A stretch of 64,000 nt of DNA from a virus (lineage: Duplodnaviria > Heunggongvirae > Uroviricota > Caudoviricetes). Location: the IMG/VR virus record IMGVR_UViG_3300018411_000017; one strand, 5' to 3'. How positions within the stretch are numbered: the first letter of the stretch is position 1; every line of letters starts with the position of its first letter. The notes beneath the pieces are model-generated. The model was not told where the DNA came from. It was given only the letters and a program-made list of their open reading frames with translations, and ran no database searches. The translations under genes and the position numbers were made by a program. Below, piece after piece: positions 53,236-63,300 of this stretch.

Positions 53236-54444
53236 TTGGGAGACTCGGGACCGGCCTTGGCGGGTCTTGAAAAAATATTTTTAAATCCTCAAAACTTTAA
53301 CATACTCCCTTATTATCATAATCATTTTGAGAATGGAGAGTATAGATTAACTGGATTTTTTATTCCTGCTTATAGCTGTCTACCTCCTTTAATGGATAGT
53401 AGAGGCGTTACTAATCAGGAAAAAGCTAAAGAGCATTATAATAAGATTAGAGCTCAAAAAGTAAGCACACCACAAAACTGGCTAGAATATTGTTCTGAGT
53501 TTTGTTTTTATCCGGAAGAGGCATTGTCTAAACAAGGAGAGAATCAATTTGATCAGGTAAAAATAACAGAACAGATAACAGAAGTTAAGATATTAAAAAA
53601 TACACCAAAAACGTTAAAGGTAGGGAAACTGACATGGAATTATAAAGATAATTCTGAAGAGATAATCGGAGTTACATTTAGACCTGATCCTAGTGGTAAT
53701 ATCATTGTATTAGAGGAGCCATTAACAGATGACATAGGAAAACCTTTTGAAGGGTTGTATGTCGGAGGAATCGACTCTATTGACCACGCAGAAGGAGACT
53801 CCGTTGTAGGTTCTGATGGTTCTAAATTTGCTATAACAATTAAGAAAAGGACATTTGGTAATGAAGGCAACAAGTATGTTTGTATGTATATAGAAAGACC
53901 AAAGGATGTAAGAACAGCGTACGAAAATGCAGCTAAAATATTATGGTGGTATGGATGTAAAGCAAACTTAGAAGATACTAAGATCGGATTTAGAATGTAT
54001 TTACAAGAGCGAAAATTACTTTATAAAATGTTAATGAAAAGACCTGTTTCAGCTCAATCATCTATCAAGCGTTCTTCTACATTATGGGGTACTCCAGGGT
54101 CTGAGAAGATGATACAACACGGATTAGATCTCGTTGCTCAATATGTTGATGACTTTTATTTTAATATATGGTTTATAGATATGTTAGAGCAATTACAAAA
54201 GTTTTCATATGAAGCAAAAGGTCGATTTGATATTATATTGGCTATGGTTTATACGGAAATAGCAGATGAAGATATGATGGGAATTGTAGTTAAAAAAGAT
54301 AATCCGATGCAATCAGACTGGGAAGAGTATGGCGAGATTGGTTGGTTTACAGATAGTAGAGGTTATAAATATTTTGGCTACGAAAAGCAATATGACAATT
54401 ACTCAAGCGAACGAAATCCGAGAATTCATTCTAACATATTTTAG
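53236..54444 (+). CDS. terL: terminase large subunit, C-terminal nuclease segment (downstream part of split gene)
   Basis: Frame is open from 53215; the first possible start is TTG at 53236 and there is no in-frame ATG; LYVGGIDSIDHAEGDS is an RNase-H-like nuclease Asp motif. Confidence 0.6.
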   Translation: MGDSGPALAGLEKIFLNPQNFNILPYYHNHFENGEYRLTGFFIPAYSCLPPLMDSRGVTNQEKAKEHYNKIRAQKVSTPQNWLEYCSEFCFYPEEALSKQGENQFDQVKITEQITEVKILKNTPKTLKVGKLTWNYKDNSEEIIGVTFRPDPSGNIIVLEEPLTDDIGKPFEGLYVGGIDSIDHAEGDSVVGSDGSKFAITIKKRTFGNEGNKYVCMYIERPKDVRTAYENAAKILWWYGCKANLEDTKIGFRMYLQERKLLYKMLMKRPVSAQSSIKRSSTLWGTPGSEKMIQHGLDLVAQYVDDFYFNIWFIDMLEQLQKFSYEAKGRFDIILAMVYTEIADEDMMGIVVKKDNPMQSDWEEYGEIGWFTDSRGYKYFGYEKQYDNYSSERNPRIHSNIF

Positions 54445-54658
54445 AAATATAGAAGAAGAAGAATATATAGGTAAGATGGAACTAGATGAAGTTAATGGGG
54501 TTTACATGATTTCATTGGCTCAAGGAAACCCAGACAGACCTGTGAAAATGTTTATAGAGGCTGAAACGATGGGAGAATTATATATAAAAATAGAATCGGA
54601 ATTAAGAAGTCGAGTATTCCCTCGTGTAAGATATGGTACATTATATAAATACAAATAA
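54329..54658 (+). CDS. hypothetical small protein
   Basis: 109-aa ORF overlapping the terL 3' end; the true start is probably the internal Met. Confidence 0.35.
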   Translation: MARLVGLQIVEVINILATKSNMTITQANEIREFILTYFRNIEEEEYIGKMELDEVNGVYMISLAQGNPDRPVKMFIEAETMGELYIKIESELRSRVFPRVRYGTLYKYK

Positions 54659-54663
54659 ATAGA

Positions 54664-56919
54664 ATGGAAGATAATACGACCAATATATTTGCAGAACTGA
54701 TTCCTGAAAAAAATAAAGAAGACGAAAAATATATTCAGAGAAAGGCTGACCAGATAATATCTGCATTAGTATACGATAAAGATCATTTAAGAAAAGCTTA
54801 CAACTATTACAATGGAGTAATGGATAAAGATCAATATCGCTATATAGAAGAAAACTACGGAATTGGGTCTCCAACATCTGTTCAGTTTATTCCTTTGATA
54901 AGAAGACACGTAGATGCTCTTGTTGGTAGGCATTTGCAAACAAAGGTAAAACCAAAAGTAACCTGCAAAGATTCAAAAACTCTCACTAATATATTTAGAG
55001 AGAAGCAATTAAAAATAAATGAAGAAGTTCATAAAAGATATATGGATCAGTTAAATAATAACTTGATGTATGCTTTTATGGATGAATCAGAAAAGAAATC
55101 AAAACAGCCTCCTGTAGATAAAGCCACTGAGCTTGAAATACAAAAGCTTCGAGACGATATAGATAAAAATTTTATATCAGAATATGAGTTGTCAGTACAG
55201 AATGTACTTACTTTTATAGATCAAAATAAGCATGTTGATTTATATAACAAGAAAAAGATCTTATATCTTGATTTGTTAATCGCTGGACAATGTTATTACC
55301 GAACAACTCTTAAAAGAAAAGGAGAGACTCCGGAGATAGAGATATTAAATCCAATGGATGTTTTTTATGAAAAGAATGCGAATTCTCCATATGTAAAAAA
55401 TTCTACGAGAGCTGTTGTCAGAAAGTACATGAACAAACAGCAGATTATTACGAAATATGGTCATTTATTATCAAAAGAAGAACTGGAGAAACTGGATTCA
55501 AGACTTGAAACTACTACTGATTATAATAGCAATATTGTATATGTAAGAACAAGTGAAGGTTCTCTTGTATCTAATTTAGGCGTTACAACTGTTGATTCGC
55601 TACAAGATTCTGACAAGACAAATCTGTTTAACAACTATTACGCAGTTTATGAAGTCGAGTGGATTTCTAATAATAAGTATAAAAATGATAAGGGAGAGGA
55701 CTGTTTTAGAGCTGATAGATACGAAGCGGTTAGAATAGGTAATGATATTTATATAGAGCTTGGTAAATCAGAAAACACTATTAGAAGTGCAGAACATCCT
55801 GATGAATGTTGTTTATCTATTAACGGTATAGCTTATTCCGATAGAAATGGAGCTCCATATTCTTTAGTATTAGCTACAGCAAGTTTGCAGGATAAATATA
55901 ACTTATTATTTTATTATAGAGATGCTTTGATCGCAAGCTCAGGTATTAGAGGAGACTTTTTGGATGTATCTAGGCTTCCTGAATGGCTTGGTAAAACTCC
56001 ACAAGAAAGGATATTAAAATATCATGCTTATAAAAAGAAAGTTGGAATAGCTTTAATAGACACGAATCAGCCAGGAGATGGTCAGCTAAATACTATATAT
56101 CATGGATATGATGATACTGTAGATGGAAACGCTATTAATGCAATACAACAAGCAATATCTCAAATAGAGGATACTTGTTCATCTATAACGGGAGTGTATA
56201 GGGAACAGCTTGGTGGGATCGAACAGAGAGATGCTGTTACAAATGTGCAAGTTGGAATTAATCAATCTACTATAGTCACAAAGCAGTATCATCAAATGAT
56301 GGACAATATTACAACTGAGATCTTAATTGATATGGTTAACATGTGTAAGATTGCTTATTCTGAGGGAATGATTGGATCTGTGATACTTGGTGATAAACTT
56401 CAAAAAGTATTTTCTATTGATCCGTTATATTTTTCATTTACTGATTATGATATACATATAGCTGATAGCGGAGACATTATACAGCAAATGACAGAGATAA
56501 AGCAAATATCATATGAGTTAATAAAATCTGGACAAGTTGATATAGATGTTGTGTTTGAAGCTATTACCGCTGAAAGTTTAGGCGAAATGAAATCTGATAT
56601 ATTAAAAGCTTATAAAAAGCGTAGAGAAGAGAATAATCAATTGGAACAAGCTACTCAAGCTGTTCAACAATATGAAAATCAGATTAAGCAATTGCAGGAT
56701 GAACTTAATAAAACTAAAAACGATTTCGATCAATATAAAGCTAAAGAGATAGAGCTTAAAGCTACAAAGATTCAACGTGATTATGAAATCGCAAAAGAAG
56801 CAAATGCTATTAAAAACACGACAGATTCTAAAAAGATGGAGAATGACGCCAAGAAAGTAGAGCTTGAAATGGCTCAACTGTTTGACCAAAATCCTTATAA
56901 CAATAAAATAAAAGACTAA
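54664..56919 (+). CDS. putative portal protein
   Basis: 751 aa immediately downstream of terL; call rests on size and position; C-terminal coiled-coil tail. Confidence 0.5.
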   Translation: MEDNTTNIFAELIPEKNKEDEKYIQRKADQIISALVYDKDHLRKAYNYYNGVMDKDQYRYIEENYGIGSPTSVQFIPLIRRHVDALVGRHLQTKVKPKVTCKDSKTLTNIFREKQLKINEEVHKRYMDQLNNNLMYAFMDESEKKSKQPPVDKATELEIQKLRDDIDKNFISEYELSVQNVLTFIDQNKHVDLYNKKKILYLDLLIAGQCYYRTTLKRKGETPEIEILNPMDVFYEKNANSPYVKNSTRAVVRKYMNKQQIITKYGHLLSKEELEKLDSRLETTTDYNSNIVYVRTSEGSLVSNLGVTTVDSLQDSDKTNLFNNYYAVYEVEWISNNKYKNDKGEDCFRADRYEAVRIGNDIYIELGKSENTIRSAEHPDECCLSINGIAYSDRNGAPYSLVLATASLQDKYNLLFYYRDALIASSGIRGDFLDVSRLPEWLGKTPQERILKYHAYKKKVGIALIDTNQPGDGQLNTIYHGYDDTVDGNAINAIQQAISQIEDTCSSITGVYREQLGGIEQRDAVTNVQVGINQSTIVTKQYHQMMDNITTEILIDMVNMCKIAYSEGMIGSVILGDKLQKVFSIDPLYFSFTDYDIHIADSGDIIQQMTEIKQISYELIKSGQVDIDVVFEAITAESLGEMKSDILKAYKKRREENNQLEQATQAVQQYENQIKQLQDELNKTKNDFDQYKAKEIELKATKIQRDYEIAKEANAIKNTTDSKKMENDAKKVELEMAQLFDQNPYNNKIKD

Positions 56920-57368
56920 TGAATACACCTAAATATATTATTATACATTGTTCTGCGACTAAGGTTACTTCTAATTTTACAGTAGAACAGATTATCGATA
57001 TGCATAAACAGCGAGGATTTAACACCATTGGATATCATTATTATATAACTAAAGACGGAGTTATTCATAAAGGAAGAGATGAATCTATCAATGGAGCGCA
57101 CTGTTTAGGGTATAATTCAAAATCTATAGGCGTTTGTTACGAGGGTGGGCTTGATAAAAACGGAAAGGCAAAAGATACTAGAACTGACGCGCAAAAAGAA
57201 TCTCTCATTAGTTTGATTAAGCAATTAAAAGGTAAATATAAAATAGATAAAGTAATGGGACATAGAGATACTTCGCCTGATAAAGACGGTGACGGTATTG
57301 TAGAACCTCATGAATGGATAAAGCAATGTCCTTGTTTTAATGCTATAGATGAATATAAAACTATTTAG
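56919..57368 (+). CDS. N-acetylmuramoyl-L-alanine amidase (Amidase_2 / T7 lysozyme family)
   Basis: IIIHCSAT..GYHYYI..GAHC..NSKSIGVCYEGG..GHRD..CPCF aligns with the Zn ligands and catalytic residues of T7 lysozyme. Confidence 0.9.
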   Translation: MNTPKYIIIHCSATKVTSNFTVEQIIDMHKQRGFNTIGYHYYITKDGVIHKGRDESINGAHCLGYNSKSIGVCYEGGLDKNGKAKDTRTDAQKESLISLIKQLKGKYKIDKVMGHRDTSPDKDGDGIVEPHEWIKQCPCFNAIDEYKTI

Positions 57369-57370
57369 AT

Positions 57371-60300
57371 ATGTCAACAATAAACATAGAATCAGGAGGC
57401 AAATCAATCCCTATCGCAAAGGTAGGGATTATTGACTCCCAAGAAAAGATATTATTAGGTAGCCTTGAAAGAGATTTAGTATTGCAAACATTAGGCAATA
57501 TATCAATTCAAGCTGGTAATATGTTCTATAAGCTATCATTTGATAGTTCTGGGAATATTTCTACTTCTAACAATAATATGGTAGAGTTACAGAGTCTTGA
57601 TAATTTCTCTATATCGTCTTATGATAATGGCACTTTTATATTTGATTTATCAACTGAATCATTGTATTTAGTATATAGCAAAGACCTAATCCCTATTGCA
57701 GGAGTCAGTGCATCTGACTATATTTATTTATCATTTATAAATGAACAGACATTAACAGGCGAACAAAAACAAAGACTTGTATTAAATTCAGGTGCTTATG
57801 TTAAGTCATTAAACGATGTCGCCTATTTTTCTCGTGCTGATGTTTATGAGAATCAGATCATATTTGTAGAAGACGAAAAACAGCATTATATATTAACCGA
57901 TATAAACAATCCAAACGGTAAGTCCGCTTGGACTACATTTTATATAGGAATGAATGGAGGTATAATATATAATGGTCTTGAAATACAAAATACAAATAGA
58001 GAGAATCTATTGCATTTAAATGGAGTAGATGATTTTACCCCAGGACGATTTAATGGGTTAAAAATAGGAAATTCTGAAAAAAGCGTAAAGCTATCTGTCA
58101 ATACGAAAAATCAAACAGTAATAGATTCTAATACAGAATCATTAATTATAAAAACTGCTAAAGCCGATATATTATATTATCACGATGGAAATCTTGGTAT
58201 ATATGGAGAGCCAGCAACATCAGATAAATACAAAATAGCCATTAATGGTACAACCAAGTTCAGTGATTCAGTATTTTTAGAAAGACGATTAACGTCGACT
58301 GACTTTATAACTACTAATATAACTCATTGGGATGGCGGGCAAGGATTTGGGTTGATAAAGACTGTTAATAATAAGTGGTTCTTTGAATGCGATGATATGG
58401 TAGTTAGAGGATCGTTAGTTGCCAATAAATTAAAACTTAAGGAATTAGAAGTTGAAAGGGCTTACGCTACAGGCGGGCATATGCTTATAACAGATGGTGC
58501 GGATGTAGATGCTGTTTATTATAGGTTGCCAACTGCTGAAGAATTGGAAACTGCTAATATTGCTAATAATGGCAATTACGGGACTTTGGATGCTAATACC
58601 TATTATTACTTTATAACATTTAAAGACTCCACAGAGAAAGACGATAGTAATGCTTATGTAGCTTTAGATACAACACCAAATGCTACGACTTCAACATCTG
58701 GAGAAGGATCTAGTATAGAAGAGGATACATTAGATGCAGAAAACTATTGTCCATTTATCAATGGAGATGTACTTCTTTGTCAAACAGCGTCTGGCAAATC
58801 GGCTAAAAAATACTATTGTTTAGTAACTTATTCTACTAATAAATACGCTGTTGTTAAAGCTAATGATTTTAGAAATAACATTATATATCAATATAATGAA
58901 CTCGGTGAAATCGTAAATGTTGATACAAGATTTTTGGTTGAATCAGGAGATACATTAATAAGAGTTACTAATATATTATATAAGAATGGTATTTATGAAT
59001 ATAAAAATAGGCGCAGATTCATAGATATAGACGGTACTAGAAATCAAATAACGATGTATGATAATTTAGGTGATCCAAATCTGTTTACTAGTACACCTAC
59101 AGAATTTAATACATACGATGATATAAATATAATTACCGGCATAGGTCCCAATGGAGCTTTGAGGCTAAGAATGGGCGAATTATCCGATTTAAACATACCC
59201 GGTTTAACAGGTTATGGGTTATATGGAGATAATGTCTATTTGAAAGGTAGGCTAATAGTAAAAACTGATGATTATGAAGAGATCGTAGGAGCTAATAGAG
59301 GGTCTTGGGTTTTTGGTAATCTAAATAAATATTATATTAATGATTTAGTCACTTATAATGGATCTGTTTATAGATGCATTGTAGAACATCAAAATACGAT
59401 TTCATCTAGCTCAATACCTGGCGTTTCTGATTTTTGGGAGATATGGGTTCAAAAAGGAACAGACGGTACTCCTGGGTCTAACTTTAGTTACGTTGATATT
59501 GTTGGAGATCAAGTATTTATATACAATTCAGGTTCTGGGACATATGATAAAACTGTGATTCCATTGACTTGTACGGCTTTTAATGTCGATTACGATAGCT
59601 TAATTAATATAAAATTTGAATGGGTTATATCAGGAGCTGTAATATACTCTCATACTTATTTAAAATCAGAAGTTACAGCAGGTTCTATTTCTGATTCTAA
59701 AAATATATATGTTACTGGTATAAACGAAGGAATGGATTGGTCTAGCTTGTGGAATGGAGATTCGTCTTTAACGGTTTCTTGTAGGGTTTATATAAATGAT
59801 TCAACGGATTATAATTCAGATGTGTTTTCTGTTTACAAAGTTCAAAATGGTGCAGACGGAGAAACTCCATTGACTGGTTATATCACAAATGACGCTATAT
59901 CTTTGAGCGCTGATACTAACAATAATGTTATTAGCTATTCTTATGCGAATGGATATTTCAAAGTATTTTATGGATTAACTGATGTAACTAGTGGTTGTAC
60001 GTTTTCGTCTACATCTATAAATTGCACAGGGTCTATTAATACGTCTGGATATTATAATGTAACGGATATGACTCAAGCTGCTACTATTGCTACATTAACA
60101 TTAACAGCGACGTACAACGGAACTACTATTACAAAAGAATTTTCATTGTCTAAGTCAAGAACAGGATCTTCTGCTATTTTATATGAGGTTAAACCAAGTG
60201 TTTATACTGTGACCAAAAGTATAACAAATACTTTTACTCCTACGAGCGTTGTTTTCTCATTCTATAAAACAGAAGGATCTTCTACCGTTTCTTATTCAGG

Positions 60301-63300
60301 ATATTATAGAACTTATTCGTCAACAGATGGGACCGTATATAGCTTGATAACAAGTTCAAGTGGCACTTCGGCGTCTGTAACGCCTAATTCTACTTATAGA
60401 TCATTTAAATGTGAATTATATACAGACTCGAGTTATACAACAAAGGTTGATGAACAGTCGGTTTTAGTGGTTAGCGATGGAGCAACTGGATTAAACTCTG
60501 TAAATGGAGTATTGACAAATGATGCTGTTACGGTTTTTGCGGCAACTGATGGAACCGTGTCAGACTTTTCATATGCTGCTGGGACTTTTAAAATGTATTA
60601 TGGGACTACAGATGTAACGGCTTCTTCTACTTTTAGTTCTACTGCGACTAATTGTACTGGATCGATTGCGTCTAATGGAGTCTATTCTATTACGGCATTC
60701 CCTGCTGCTAATAACAATGGATATCTAAATTTAACTGGAACATATAATGGAGTTTCTATTACACGAATATTTTCTATATCAAAATCAAAAACTGGATCGA
60801 CTGGAGCAGATGCTGTTATATATGAAATACAATCAAGTACTTCTACAATAGCTAAAAATATAAGCAATGTATTTTCTCCTACATCAGTAACTTTTACATT
60901 TTATAGAAGATATGGTTCAGGAAATAGGTCTTTATTTACGGGATATTATAAAACGTTTTATTCTACTGATGGGGTTAATTACACCCAGATATCTTCAACA
61001 TCTGGTTCCTCTGTGTCTGTAACACCTGGAACATCGTATAGATCAATTAAGTGCGATCTTTACTCTGATTCTGGTTACGTAAATCTTGTAGATTCTCAAA
61101 CCTGTTTAATTGTTTCTGATGGAAATACTGGGGCTGCTGGCCAAGATGCATTCACTGTAATATTAAGCAATGAGGCTATGACTGTGCCGGCTATGTATTC
61201 CGGTGCTTTCCCTGCAAATATATTCTCTGATTATGACTACAGTTCTAATGTTGTAGTATATAGAGGGTCTACCAAATTAAATTATGCAGCCACATCAGGA
61301 TATAGCTATACAGTTGGTTTATTGACTGGTTCTAGGTTTAGTACAACCATTTCAACATCAGGCACAGAATGTAAAATTAGAATAAACAATATTACTCAAG
61401 ATTTATCTGGTGGATTATATATCCCAGATTATATGGTTGCTAATTTTTACGTTTCCATATTATATAATAACGTAGCTACTGGCACTGCTTTCACTAAAAC
61501 AATAGCTGTTTCCAAAGCAAAACAAGGTCCATTGTTGGATTGGATAAAAGAATGGGATAGCAATTCAACTTTAGTAGGTTCTCAATATGTTATATCTCCT
61601 AAGATATTTGCTGGTACAAATAATGGCGGATCTCCTACTGGTGTTATAGTTGGTAGAAATGCATTTAATTTAACAGAGATTGGAGTTGCTGGATATTATA
61701 ATGGAAATAATACGTTCTATTTAAGCGCTCTAGACGGATCTTTTAAATTCGGACAAGGCAATAGTTCTATTGTTTATAATCCTTCAGCTAATACTGTTAC
61801 GTTTGGCTCTAACGTATCTTTGAATTGGACTAATTATACAGATACTGCTGTTAATAATGTCCAAGTTGGCGGGAAAAATATAATAAGAAATTCCTTTAAT
61901 TGGCAGGATTTTAGCTACTGGGAAGGCAATGGGTCCACGATGTCTATAGTCGGTATAGATGGCTCTAATTGCATGAGATTGACAGGTGTTTATGGTGTCG
62001 GTCAATATATTGGCAAGCAATTAAAACCAAATACATATTACACCTTTAGCGCATATGCAAGATCTTCTGTTGATCTACCAGGTGGAGCTGATCAACAGTT
62101 GCATATCCAGATATGGAGAGTTGAAGATACTGGAAATGTACACCAAGATAGCGCCGTTAATTCAGATACCAATTTCTCTGCTAATGTATGGAAAAAAGCT
62201 TGGTATACATTTAAAACTCCTGCTAGTTCGGAATTGTGTTATTGTCGACTATATTTTTATCCATTATCATCTGGTACATTTGATGTTAGATATTGCCAAT
62301 TAGAAGAAGGTAATAAACCTACAGATTGGTCTCCATGTCCTGATGACGTATCTAATTCCATTCTTATAGCAAAAAATGCTGCTGATGCTGCTCAGATTGA
62401 TGCTGATCAAGCGCAATATGATGCCAATATAGCTAATGGCAAGCTAAGTGATTTGGCAAATGACAATAAGCTTACTGCTGTCGAAAAACAACAGACTAAG
62501 ACAGAATGGGATATAATCGCGTCTGAGTATAGTAAAATAACTAGTCAAGCATCTACCTATGGAGTTGATTATAGTTCTTATACGAACGCTTATAATGCGC
62601 TGTCTTCTTACATAACTCCTTTATTAGGCGATTTAACAACTACATCTGATATAGCGGGATCTACCTTCAGATCAAATTTTAAATCTTATTACGACGCTCG
62701 AACTGATCTTTTAAATGTTATTGCTATAAAAGCAAAGACATTAGCTGGTAATGCTCAAGACGCTGCGGATAACGCTCAAACTTCTGCGAATAATGCAAAC
62801 TCGTTATTATCAGATATGTCAAATGACGGAAAGCTGACTTCTGTTGAAAAGCAACAAATCAAATTAGAATGGGATGGAATTAATGCTGAATATCAAAAGA
62901 ATGCAAATCAAGCATATGCATTTGGACAAGATTATACAGCTTATTACAATGCCTATAACGGGTTAAATGGATATTTGAGTCCATTATTAAGCAATTTAGC
63001 TTCAACATCAGATATCAATGGTACAACTTTTAGAAGTTATTTTAGTTCTTATTATGCCGCTAGAACTGATTTATTAAATGCTATTTCAATTGCGGCAAAA
63101 TCTCAAGCTATTAGTACAGCTTCGGATGACGCTACTGATAAGTCTAATACAGCTTATACTAATGCTAAAAATTATGTAGATGCTAATTATGTAAACAATA
63201 CGACATATTCTAACGGAATTGCTGGGGCTGTTAATAAAGCAGACGACGCTAGGGAGACTGCATTAGCAATGGCTTTTGGCAGAATGGTATATAGAGATCC

